This document shows, one piece after another, positions 1 through 9,882 of a DNA stretch of 64,000 bases. Made by a program: the position numbers and the translations under genes. Within the stretch, counting starts at the first letter, position 1, and the number at the start of each line of letters is the position of its first letter. Where the stretch lies: positions 2,162 to 66,161 of IMG/VR virus record IMGVR_UViG_3300002220_000279; one strand, given 5' to 3'. The notes under the pieces are model-generated. The model saw only the letters and a program-made list of their open reading frames with translations, had not been told where the DNA came from and did no database searches. The DNA comes from a virus (Duplodnaviria > Caudoviricetes).

Positions 1-34
1 TTTCTTTCTCTTATTCCTAAGAACTTTGGCATAT

Positions 35-421
35 TTATTGCTCCATCATCATACGCAACGATAATTCATTTTCGTTACACACAATGTTAATATCTAATAT
101 ATTTTTTATTTGTTGTGGGGGAGTAGACATATCCCTTAATTCCCATATTAAGAAACTTCTAATACTGTTTCTTATCCACTCGTTAACTTTAGCAATGGTA
201 TGCTGTTCAAATTTATAATATGGGTTAGACTTAAATAACATCAACAACCCGCACACTCTTTTGTTTTTATCTTTGATTTTGTGAACCCTTTTGAAAGTTT
301 CAGAGAATATCTTTCCTTCTCTAGAAAAGGTGCTAAAGAATATATCGGACAACTCTTTGTCTTTACAAAGATTTTGTACCAGATAGTTGATATATTCAAC
401 AGTCATTTCTTTTGAATTCAT
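35..421 (-). CDS. hypothetical protein (late/virion module)
   Basis: 128-aa ORF ending in TAA, tightly packed downstream of the neck gene. Confidence 0.6.
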   Translation of the reverse strand: MNSKEMTVEYINYLVQNLCKDKELSDIFFSTFSREGKIFSETFKRVHKIKDKNKRVCGLLMLFKSNPYYKFEQHTIAKVNEWIRNSIRSFLIWELRDMSTPPQQIKNILDINIVCNENELSLRMMMEQ

Positions 422-439
422 AAATATTCCATACCCACT

Positions 440-1615
440 TTACCCCCAAGACATAAATCCACCAACGGGGACAGCGTTTTGTATTTTTTTAGCGTAGTCT
501 ATTTTCTCTGCTTCCTGCTTAAGCATTTCATTTACGTTAGTTAATTTCTCTAATGATTCTTTTAGTTCTTTTTTTAGATTTTCTTTTTCAGTATTTCCCT
601 CTTGCACAAGTGCAGCTCCATCAAGTTGTATAGAACCACCGCCATCACCAGCTCCACCTGGTATTTGGAATTTTCTGCGGACCAATCCTAATGTTATCTT
701 GTTCAAAGCTAATGAATAATTACGAATCCACTGTTGACAAAAGTTATTTAAATGTTGATAATCATAATCGGTGAAATTGGCATTAGTAAAATTAGTAACG
801 ATTGCTGACATACTTTGCTCAATAGCCGATGCCGATTCAACTAGATATCCTCCTGTTGCGGATATAGTGCTTGGATTGGGACCTACAATAGCAGGAAAGC
901 GATATCTTATAAATATACGTCTGCCGTTATACAGTTCTTTAGGTAACGGGAAAATTCTTAAAATGTTATTTACACGTTCCCAAGATACATTACTTTTCAT
1001 GAACTTATTAGTCCAAGACAAGTATTGTTGTAATTGCAGAGGATAACTTCTGGGGAATGATACATATATCTTTTCATACATCCTACTACCCATTGCGAAC
1101 TCTTTTGCCATGATATTATAAAAATTATTAACGTCATAGGGAGACATTTGGTCTGTATGATATACGTTTTGAATAATTACCTCAGGATTATTGACCTGCA
1201 AATTATCTTTTGAGTATAAATCTGTCAATAGGTCGTAATCTTGTTTATAGGCACTCATTGTAATATAACCCAAATAGTTATCAACATCTCCACCAGCTCC
1301 TACCCAAGAACCAACACCTGCTAACATCTTGTTTAAAAATCCAAAATTGAACGTTGGCAGGATATTATTCATAGGCATTTCTCTGGGTTGACCCAAGATA
1401 TTGATTAGATTAGATTTAGCCTGAGCCTCATTAACCATTGAACCGAATTCTAAATCAGCATGCTCAAAATTAGCCATAATCTGTTCATCTGTCAGTTCTA
1501 CACCCACTCCCTCATCATTTTCGCCCTCACCAAGAGTGCGTTTTGTCCACTGAATAAGTTTATCTAACTCAGCGCTTAGGGAATCTGTATAGTCACCAAA
1601 ATAAATAGCTGCCAT
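440..1615 (-). CDS. neck / head-tail connector protein, T4 gp13-like
   Basis: C-terminal WIRNYSLALNKITLGLVRRKFQIPGG...IQLDGAALVQEG resembles the gp13 C-terminus; located in the head module. Confidence 0.7.
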   Translation of the reverse strand: MAAIYFGDYTDSLSAELDKLIQWTKRTLGEGENDEGVGVELTDEQIMANFEHADLEFGSMVNEAQAKSNLINILGQPREMPMNNILPTFNFGFLNKMLAGVGSWVGAGGDVDNYLGYITMSAYKQDYDLLTDLYSKDNLQVNNPEVIIQNVYHTDQMSPYDVNNFYNIMAKEFAMGSRMYEKIYVSFPRSYPLQLQQYLSWTNKFMKSNVSWERVNNILRIFPLPKELYNGRRIFIRYRFPAIVGPNPSTISATGGYLVESASAIEQSMSAIVTNFTNANFTDYDYQHLNNFCQQWIRNYSLALNKITLGLVRRKFQIPGGAGDGGGSIQLDGAALVQEGNTEKENLKKELKESLEKLTNVNEMLKQEAEKIDYAKKIQNAVPVGGFMSWG

Positions 1616-1627
1616 ATATAATAAATC

Positions 1628-2539
1628 CTAATTTAAGAAAATTGATTCGCTTGCGTCGTGTTCTCTGTCTATAACGTTTTCTTCCGGAGTATCTTCTACG
1701 AATTTAGCATCGGTAATTTCTATTTCGTTTATCTCTGGTTTGTCAATGTAATGGTTGTGTTCATTTTCAGAGAACGCTAATTCAATAGATTTTTTGATGA
1801 TATCTTTAAATTCTTTTATATAGTCATCATCGTGAGTAAAATAATAATCTGGTAAAGATATTTCGCAGTCAAACCCACACAATAATCTTATATAGTTGGG
1901 AATACCATCATCATCACAATAGTCAATAGTAGTTAGTTCACTCACGGTAATATCTTTAATATACTCATAAATGTCGCAATTGGCTATTGAGTCGGATATT
2001 TCATCTTTACAGAAAGCCATAATCCTTTCGTCACTTTCACAGTTGCAATCGGATAGGTTTATGCAAGTATAGAATCCTAAAGTAATATTGAATCAAACTT
2101 TTTTTGACTTTTCTTTCGAAGACTCTTTTTCTCGTTGTTGTGGTTCTTCTTCGTAATCTTTGAAAATAGCAATATCAAGAATTTCTTCATCTTGAGCACC
2201 TATGCCGGTTTCTGATAAAAGTTTTCTTTTCATAGCCAATAAGTCAAAATTTCCAACAAAGTTAGATTCATATTCGTTTAGTATCTCGTCAATAGTTTGA
2301 CTTTTTTCGAATATGAGATATTTGGGGTCTATTTTAGCAACATTGTCACCAATCTTTTGCGCATTTATGTCACAGGATATATAGAAATTATCTCCCTTTT
2401 CTGCGATGATAAACGGCTTGTTGTCCACAGACTCCTTAATCACGTTTTCCACTATTTCTGTATACTGCGGTAAATACTTGAAATCTCTCTTTAGCTCTGC
2501 AAGATTTACCTTTACTTGGATACCATATTTTGCATTCAT
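1628..2539 (-). CDS. hypothetical protein, 303 aa if TGA at 2093-2095 is Trp (joins track ORFs 2093..2539 and 1628..2020)
   Basis: 24 open in-frame codons link the TGA to the ATG at 2020; an AAGGA before that ATG means two genes remains possible. Confidence 0.55.
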
Positions 2540-2557
2540 TTTTATATGTTCCTTAAG

Positions 2558-3166
2558 TTATATTTGCTGTGGTATAGTTTCATCCGCACTTGCAAAATCC
2601 TCTATAGCACTTTTATTTTTTTGTTTTTCTTTTCTTTGTCTTTCCGCTTCATCCATTAATAGAAGTATAAAAGCTTCCATCTCTTTCTTTAGTGCAGGGT
2701 TACTCATAATGCTGTCAATTAAATCAATTTTTGAAGAACCATCTGCATTATATGAGGACTCTACATCCATATTCTCAACATAGTCATTGATATAATCGTT
2801 AATTTCTAATATCATCGATTTGGTAAGCGGAATGTTATAATATCTGATTGTTTCCGCAATGGCATTTCTAATAATCTTGTTTTTATTCATTTTATCTTCC
2901 CTTTTTATTTTATCTATTGGAAATGGATTGTCATCAAACATCTGCGGTCCATAATGCTGTATAACAGATTCCCACCACACTCTCTTGTTTGACGAAAATT
3001 CAATATTGTATTTTTTTACTATGAGTTGTTTATCTACCCATTCCGGCATTGGCATAAATATATTGCCAACAGTATAAACCATTCCGCTATTGTCGTCAAT
3101 ACAATAAATAGTACCAGACTTATTATTAACTTTTACCCTATAATTCATTTTTAAAGTGTCATCCAT
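2558..3166 (-). CDS. hypothetical protein
   Basis: 202-aa ORF, AGGA upstream, TAA stop. Confidence 0.7.
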   Translation of the reverse strand: MDDTLKMNYRVKVNNKSGTIYCIDDNSGMVYTVGNIFMPMPEWVDKQLIVKKYNIEFSSNKRVWWESVIQHYGPQMFDDNPFPIDKIKREDKMNKNKIIRNAIAETIRYYNIPLTKSMILEINDYINDYVENMDVESSYNADGSSKIDLIDSIMSNPALKKEMEAFILLLMDEAERQRKEKQKNKSAIEDFASADETIPQQI

Positions 3167-3180
3167 TTAGATTATATCCT

Positions 3181-4323
3181 TTATGGGGTTTGCTTACCAA
3201 TTAGTTGCATTGTCAATTTCAGAAGCTGATTCATCGGCAGTTGTCATTGAGCAGGTGTTATATATGGCAATACCTGTTGTATTTGTTTATTTGTATATTT
3301 CATATTAGTAAGGGCAGAAGTAATTTGCTGTTGTTTAGCATTAACTGGTTGCTGTTGATTATTATTCTGTTGTTGTTTCCTATTAGCACCGCTTGGGTCT
3401 ATCCATTTTGCTAACATTTGAGAAATATCGTTAGCTGATAATTGTTCCCATTGAGCATCGTTAACCATGCCTATTTTATCAGAAATAGTATTGGCATTAT
3501 AACCTGCTTTCATTAGTGTTTGAACTACAGAAGTGTATTTAGCAATTAATTGTTTATCATTTGTCTTAGGTTGCTTGCTGTTACTCTGCGTTTTTTCTTT
3601 AGGCTTTAGTTTGTTTATAACAAGGATAAAATCTTTGTTGGCAATATCGTATTGTCCAGCGTTCCACCCTAACGTGATAAACTGTTGCCTTGCACTTTCT
3701 CTTTGTTGTTTGGCAGCTGCAATTTGCTTGTTTATAATAGGGTTGTTTGATATCTTTCCCACGAGGTTTTGAAAAATATTAGAGTATTGTGGCTCGAATG
3801 ATAAACCGATAACATATTTTGTTTTTAAAAGCTCTTTCATATTATAATTTTTAGAAGTTAAGTATTCATTTAAATCCTCATCCTCTAAAACATCGAATTT
3901 TCCAAAATTTGCTTTCCCATAATAAAGGCGCTTAATCTGTTTTTTCATCCTGTCATTTTCTGAATCCCAATTATCAGAGCCAAGCAAAACATCTTGTTCA
4001 GGTTGTGGGGGTTTCACCTCAGTTATAAGAGGTTTAACTATACGTTTTTTGACAGACGTAATAGATTCTAATAAAGTCAAACATTCTGACAAGATTTCGT
4101 TGTTTTTTACATCATCTTGGAAATATGGCAAAACATTATTGATTTCTTCTGTCAGGATTGTTTTTGTAGAATTAGACAATCCCTCGAATATGATGTTACC
4201 TGCATTCAAAGATAATCCATAATATGCGGAAATCTGTTTGGCAGAACAGAAAACTCTACCATTGAACATCAATTCTTTTTCATTGGTATTTTTTTCATTT
4301 ATAATCGTTCAGTGCTTTGTCAT
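3181..4323 (-). CDS. hypothetical Gln-rich protein, 380 aa, TGA=Trp at 4309-4311 and 3244-3246
   Basis: ATG at 4323 (MTKH[W]TIINE...); read-through ends at TAA 3181, 15 nt before the next ATG. Confidence 0.7.
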
Positions 4324-4356
4324 ATCTTTTTACCTTGTTATACTTGTATGTGCTAA

Positions 4357-4363
4357 TATATAG
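4357..4363 (-). promoter_or_regulatory. candidate late promoter CTATATA
   Basis: Motif lies between the capsid terminator and the next gene start; recurs upstream of other late units. Confidence 0.35.
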
Positions 4364-4411
4364 GGTCAATAGAAATATTTTATACTTTAATTTTTGTTTC
4401 TTTTTTGGTGC

Positions 4412-4443
4412 AAAAAAAAACCCTCCCCAATTGGAGAGGGTTT
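4412..4443 (-). terminator. Rho-independent terminator after major capsid
   Basis: Minus strand AAACCCTCTCC-AATT-GGGGAGGGTTT followed by a T-run. Confidence 0.85.
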
Positions 4444-4460
4444 GGTTAGTTATTTATAGA

Positions 4461-6149
4461 CTAATAAGTTGGGGTATTAGGCGGTTGTGCCGAATTAGTT
4501 ACAAACATTTCGTTATCTGGGTGATATTTCTTCAATACTCCAGCAACAGAACTGTCAATGTATTTCATACGAGACAAGTCGTCATACTTAAGAGCCACTT
4601 CAACACGACCATAGTAACCATCCCTAACCAGTTTTTTACCGTAACGGGACATGATACCACGTCTGTAGTTGTAGTTGTAAGGTTCGTAAATGACAGGAGT
4701 TAAGATACCCATAGTATACGGACAGAATACATATCCAGCATCCAGGAAGTTTTCACCTTTGTATCCTAACAGGATGTCATTTCTTCCCCACCAATCATAG
4801 TTATACGCTATGAACGGGTCAGGTGGAACGGAACCAGAAGCTGCCCAAATTGCAGCAGTGGTTGAGAATCCATGACCTGGGAAATAAGTGGTCATATTAG
4901 CGATTAGAGCTGCTTCAGCACCAGTGGTGGCAATGGTAGTGGCAGATGTAGCGAAAAGCAACCATTGAGCAGCAGGAGTGGTGTATAGAGCTTCATCAGC
5001 AGTAGCATTAATAGTATTAAAGGAAATGGCACCAGCAGATGTCACAACAGTGTCATATTTCTTTAAGGCTGGGACTGCACGCCACATACTGTCAACCATT
5101 GTATCAACATAGACTTTGAACTTTTTAGACAGAGTTCCGCCTTTGCTAACACCAACAGTTAATTCTAAACCATCGCTAACGTTATCTGCATCAAATCCGG
5201 TAATAGTTTCAAGGATAGAAGCCACGTCAGGGGAAACAACAATCCAGTTAGCACCGCTACGATGAGTAGAAGCTTTGATACGATTAGAAACTCTGTTAAT
5301 TTCATAAACTAACATCTTGTTCCAATCTAACTGGGTGCCGTAGAATGTCATATAGCCATAAGAACTAGCGTTGCTTTCAGCTAATGAACTCATATCTTCA
5401 TTCCAAGAACTGTAGTTGATTGCATTCTTTAGAGTGGTCTTACGTAAGTCAGCTAAGACTTCGTTGTTGATTTCTAAAGCAATGTATTCACCTAAGAATT
5501 GGGTTAGGGTTTTTTCAGCATCAATACCGTGGTAAGCGCTGACATCCTGTTCAATTTCCTGGGTCCATTCGGTCTGCAATTTACGAGTGTGGACATCAAC
5601 CTGGGTTTTGCTAATCTTAAATTTGATTTTAGGAATAGCGGTTGAGCTTTCGTAAGCTTCGGTATTATCAGGACCGGAATAGGTAGGGTCAAAGTTAATA
5701 GTGTTACCTAACACGTGCTGGGTATTAGAGCTTGTGCCATAAGGATAGGTAGCAGAAGTGGTTGAGGGACTCCAAGTCATAGATGAAGCATAACCACCAT
5801 TATAAAGGTTATAGCGGCTAGCACCATCATATACCATATCCAGATAGAAAATCTGAGTAGTAGGCAGGTCAACAGCTTGGGTACTGACCAGTTCAGTAAT
5901 AGTTAATTGAGCAAAAGTTCTGCGTAAAAGAGGGAAAGCCAATTTGTAGAAAGAAGCAATATCACCAGTGGTCATATTTTCTTTCAACATGGTCTTAATT
6001 TCTTTTTCAGTATTTTCGAGTAATTGAGCCATCACGGTCTGGTTATAAGAATTTAAATTCTTTAACAGTTTAGAGGGAGTCCATTTCTCGATTAGCTTTT
6101 GCTTGATTTGCGATTTGCTAGGAGCTACTGGGTCGCCAAAATTAATCAT
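4461..6149 (-). CDS. gp23: major capsid protein, T4 gp23-like, with a ~95-aa Ala/Thr-rich insertion
   Basis: RKLQTEWTQEIEQDVSAYHGIDAE, IALEINNEVL, GANWIVVSPDVASILE, ILLGYKG..AGYVFCPY, RGIMSRYG motifs; all Trp codons are TGG. Confidence 0.95.
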   Translation of the reverse strand: MINFGDPVAPSKSQIKQKLIEKWTPSKLLKNLNSYNQTVMAQLLENTEKEIKTMLKENMTTGDIASFYKLAFPLLRRTFAQLTITELVSTQAVDLPTTQIFYLDMVYDGASRYNLYNGGYASSMTWSPSTTSATYPYGTSSNTQHVLGNTINFDPTYSGPDNTEAYESSTAIPKIKFKISKTQVDVHTRKLQTEWTQEIEQDVSAYHGIDAEKTLTQFLGEYIALEINNEVLADLRKTTLKNAINYSSWNEDMSSLAESNASSYGYMTFYGTQLDWNKMLVYEINRVSNRIKASTHRSGANWIVVSPDVASILETITGFDADNVSDGLELTVGVSKGGTLSKKFKVYVDTMVDSMWRAVPALKKYDTVVTSAGAISFNTINATADEALYTTPAAQWLLFATSATTIATTGAEAALIANMTTYFPGHGFSTTAAIWAASGSVPPDPFIAYNYDWWGRNDILLGYKGENFLDAGYVFCPYTMGILTPVIYEPYNYNYRRGIMSRYGKKLVRDGYYGRVEVALKYDDLSRMKYIDSSVAGVLKKYHPDNEMFVTNSAQPPNTPTY

Positions 6150-6179
6150 CGTTTAGTTTCCTTTTATTTTAGTATTGAA

Positions 6180-7535
6180 TTACACGCCAGCCAAGTCAGC
6201 CATTCTGTCTCGTTCTGTTTGTTCTTTAATTATTTCGGGATTATTATTTCTGATAGTGTCAACAATCTCTTGTAATTTAGGAGAGATGTTGTGTTCTTTC
6301 AGTATATCTTTGACGTTACTAAATTTCTTTGACATGCTTTCTTTAAGCATTCCAATGGTATTTAATACAGTTTTGATTTCAACAGAATTGTTGCACTGTT
6401 GAATCAAATTCTTCATATTCATCTTATCCTGCGCGGCTATGTTGACAAGTTTGTCTATTTCAGACACTGCATTGACTTTTTCTGTGAATAGTTGAATATC
6501 TTGGAAAGTTTCTTTGAATTGCTTATTTTCCTTAATCAACGCAGATAATGCCCTGTCTGACTTTTCTTTTTCAGATTTTAATCTTTTAATTTCTGCCATT
6601 GCTTTGGAAACATTGTTTAAACCTGGTTCTTCCTGGTCAGTAGATTCCATATCTAATAATGGTTTTTCCTCACTGCCAAGTTCGGGTTCTGTTTCCACTT
6701 CGGGAGTTTCAGAATCAGCAGGAACCTCTACGGTATCCACATCATCATCATCCCATTCAAAATCATCAAATTCATCATCATCCCACGGCTCTGAATCGCT
6801 TTCAGGTGTATCTTCTCCAAGAGCTTCCTCAACCTTATCTTCGATTACATCCTCAATAACCTGACCGATTTTTTCAGCAGCTGTTTCTTCAACGCTATCT
6901 CCCAAATCGATATCAGTAATTTCGGCAGGGGTTTCTTCCGCAGGAGTTTCAGCAGGAATTTCTTCCGCAGGTAATTCATCTGCTGGGTTTTCGGAAGGAA
7001 TATCATCAGTTGGTTCTGCAGGAGTGTTGTCTGTGGTTTCTTCATCGAAGAAATCATCTTCTCCATCAGCGCCCTCAAAGATAATATCTTTCTTTTTAAA
7101 AGGGTCGTTAATGTTTTCAATTTTCATATCGGGTGTCTCCATACTATTGTCTATATTTTGATTATTTAAATCCGTTGGTGGAACGTTGTTATCGGCTATG
7201 TTCATTTTTTCACCAGCCGATTCATCTTTATTCTTGAGAGTTAGGGTAATTGATTTGTCCCCTTTATTCATTTTAGCCTCATAGATATCTCCGTCAATAT
7301 CAACTTCAACTAATGTATCTGGTAAAGTATCCCCACCAGTGTTCAGGTCTAAGTTACTATCAAGTGGCATATTGTCTAATTGGGGATTCTCATCATCCTG
7401 TGGCTGCTCGATAGCAGGAGTAGTTTCCTGTGGCTTCTTATCATCAAATAAATTTAGCTCATCGCTATTCATTTGCGTTTCTTTTAAGATAGCATCTTTT
7501 TTGAAATTGTCTTTTTTTTTCTTAAAATTCTTCAT
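6180..7535 (-). CDS. prohead scaffold/core protein, gp22-like
   Basis: Very acidic low-complexity middle, coiled-coil C-terminus ending RMADLAGV; sits immediately upstream of the capsid gene. Confidence 0.7.
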   Translation of the reverse strand: MKNFKKKKDNFKKDAILKETQMNSDELNLFDDKKPQETTPAIEQPQDDENPQLDNMPLDSNLDLNTGGDTLPDTLVEVDIDGDIYEAKMNKGDKSITLTLKNKDESAGEKMNIADNNVPPTDLNNQNIDNSMETPDMKIENINDPFKKKDIIFEGADGEDDFFDEETTDNTPAEPTDDIPSENPADELPAEEIPAETPAEETPAEITDIDLGDSVEETAAEKIGQVIEDVIEDKVEEALGEDTPESDSEPWDDDEFDDFEWDDDDVDTVEVPADSETPEVETEPELGSEEKPLLDMESTDQEEPGLNNVSKAMAEIKRLKSEKEKSDRALSALIKENKQFKETFQDIQLFTEKVNAVSEIDKLVNIAAQDKMNMKNLIQQCNNSVEIKTVLNTIGMLKESMSKKFSNVKDILKEHNISPKLQEIVDTIRNNNPEIIKEQTERDRMADLAGV

Positions 7536-7559
7536 ACTAAAATTCCCAAGTATTATTGT

Positions 7560-7566
7560 TATATAG
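7560..7566 (-). promoter_or_regulatory. candidate late promoter CTATATA
   Basis: In the 80-bp gap upstream of scaffold-capsid. Confidence 0.35.
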
Positions 7567-7615
7567 TATTAGTTCTCAAAATTATGTTTATTAATTTATC
7601 TGTTTCGGAAATATT

Positions 7616-8026
7616 TTATATATACTCCGAAAAATCCATTTGACTTATTTGTTCTATTGCGCGTTCATTTCCATATTTTTTGCTTATTTCGTGAATTTTT
7701 TCTGTAAGTTCACTATGATTTTTTATAGGCTCTGGAGTTTCCTCATTTGAAACATTTTCGTTAATTTTTGTAGGACCGCTTGCGTTGGGAGCAGCTCCCT
7801 GAATAGCTTTAATTCACATTTCCATCATATTCTGTGAGTCATTAGCCGTTTGTTGTGGTTGAGTAAAGGTAATCAAATCTAACATTGCATCTATTGTGTC
7901 TATAATGGAAGACTTATACTTGTCTTTACTGCCACTGTTACCAAGTTTTAATTCATCTCTGGCATCAAATAATTTGTGAATAGTATTAGCCAGTTTATTG
8001 TAAACTTCTTGTTTAGTCATTTTCAC
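7616..8026 (-). CDS. hypothetical protein, 136 aa, TGA=Trp at 7814-7816
   Basis: Frame stays open for 65 codons after the TGA to TAA at 7616, filling an otherwise empty gap. Confidence 0.7.
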
Positions 8027-8029
8027 ACC

Positions 8030-8923
8030 CTATCTTATGTTATTTTGTAAATTTGGTATACGTATTAAGACATACATCTTAAAAGGTTGATTATAATCTT
8101 CAATTGATTCTCTGTAATGAGTAATTATGTCATAAACATCAATATCGTTAGTATCAAACATCTTTGAACGCTTTATACTGTTAACTACTTCTTGTGATGA
8201 CTCTATTACTAAAGGCATCATATTCTTTGATATCTTCTTATCGGATTCATAGGATAAGGTTATGCAAATGAAATCTTCTTTGTTAATCGCATTTGATGTC
8301 CCCCCTTCAATTTCGATATCATCCCCTATCGCAACATTGGAATCCTCAAGAAATTTAACACCATATTGCGAGAAATACTTGTTATCAAATTCTGTTTGAA
8401 CGAAGTTTTTTATTTGGCTAATTAGGGATTCAAAATTGTATTGTTTGGCAGCATCAAGATTTTGTTGGACCAGTTCATCATCATCTATTAATTCTGACAG
8501 AATTCTTTTTTTACTTTCTTGTAGTTTATTGGATGGTTTATACAAGAATCAATATTCTGCATTGATATTAGAAATACGCGTTCAGTTCTTAAACATTCCC
8601 TGTTCAGATAACTTGTCCAAATCTTCTTTAGATTTGTATTTCTTTTTCTCAATATCTCGTATGGTTGTTATTTCCGTATCTTTTTCACCAGAAATGATTT
8701 GCTCTAATCTATTACAATTAATCATTAGATTAGAGGTATTGATGTGAAGCTTTAATACATTATCCCCAATATTGAATCCAAAATTGCTTATGATATCCTT
8801 GTCTAATAAACTTTTGGTTATCTTATCTACTTCTTCCATGACTTTATTTACATTCTCTCACAAAGGAAGATTCTCAAAATCGCCCATTTCGTAGTTGGCT
8901 TTGATTATATCAATATCTTTCAT
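8030..8923 (-). CDS. hypothetical protein, 297 aa, TGA=Trp at 8858, 8582, 8549
   Basis: AAGGA-preceded ATG at 8923; three TGAs join track ORFs 8582..8839 and 8030..8545 in one frame. Confidence 0.75.
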
Positions 8924-8942
8924 TTATCTATAGTTCCTTAAT

Positions 8943-9581
8943 TTAACGTAATACCACAGGTTTAAGGGTTTCTTGGATTCAGTGATTAAGTTGTTCATTG
9001 ACTGCTTTATTTCCATTATACCTGGTTAAGAATGCCTTATATGTGCTTGGCTCTGTAACTAAATCTCAAGTTATCACCTCTAAATTCTTTACTCGGTTTG
9101 CCCCATTTTCAAAAATTAGGTCACCCAAAGCACGAGATGACGTGCCAATGGTTCCAAATTCATCTATGATTGCTTGTGCTCTAGCGGCAAAATCGTGTTT
9201 TTCTCCCAATATTTTAATTAATCCATGCAGTTCACTATTTTCCCACCACAACTTAAGTATCCTGTGGCTAACTCTTTCCCACCTTACAAAGTCATCATCA
9301 GTGTGGTCAAGTTCTCCCGCCAGATACCCACCATCGTTAAACATTTCGTTTAAACGTTTGGATTCTCTGAACAGTTCATCATACGGGTATATGCGCTTGT
9401 TATGGTTTAGTGCATTGGCTCTCTGCATGGGACCAGAAAGAATGTATTCTCCATTGAATATGGCTTTATTATTTGCAGTTTCTTTTATAATCTTTTTGTG
9501 AATACTTTCGTTTAATTGTTCAGGACTTGAATATCTCTGAACAGCTCCGCATCCCCTCTCTACTAATAATATTTTAGCCAT
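8943..9581 (-). CDS. gp21: prohead core protease, T4 gp21-like, 212 aa, TGA=Trp at 9066 and 8979
   Basis: NHNKRIYP, GELDH, IGTSSRALG, then EVIT[TGA]DLVTEPST, matching the family (I/C)WD.V..PST motif. Confidence 0.92.
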
Positions 9582-9882
9582 CTAATTGATTTCCTTCTGT
9601 TATTTCTCCATACAGCCAATAATATTCAAGCACTTTTTCTGTTAGTAATGTTATATTGTGCAAATCTATCTTATTTTTCTTATACTCTTTTTGTATAAGG
9701 AATTCTGTTTTTGTTGCATGTTCTAATAACCTGTTATCTTTCATTTTTTTGTATAGTTCAGCATTAATAGCTTTGCAATGAGTTAAAAGGGATAAAAGAA
9801 ATTCTTTATAGTTTTGACCATCAACTTCCTTATATTCTTTTATTACTTCACTGCAAATGTTGTCAATGTCTAAATTAATCAT
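9574..9882 (-). CDS. hypothetical protein
   Basis: Probable start MINLDID at 9882 overlapping the portal stop; TAA overlaps the protease start. Confidence 0.6.
   Translation of the reverse strand: MINLDIDNICSEVIKEYKEVDGQNYKEFLLSLLTHCKAINAELYKKMKDNRLLEHATKTEFLIQKEYKKNKIDLHNITLLTEKVLEYYWLYGEITEGNQLDG

Noticed and set aside
4461-4463. TAG recoding (code 15)
   Set aside because: TAG closes the capsid gene directly before a terminator and ends several other genes; I saw no internal TAG joining fragments.
4790-5090. Capsid insertion as an intein or intron
   Set aside because: No C/S start with HN/GN end, no endonuclease motifs, and the frame is continuous.
6700-7100. Acidic EETPAE/DDD repeats as a separate repeat element
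   Set aside because: Ordinary low-complexity region of the scaffold protein.
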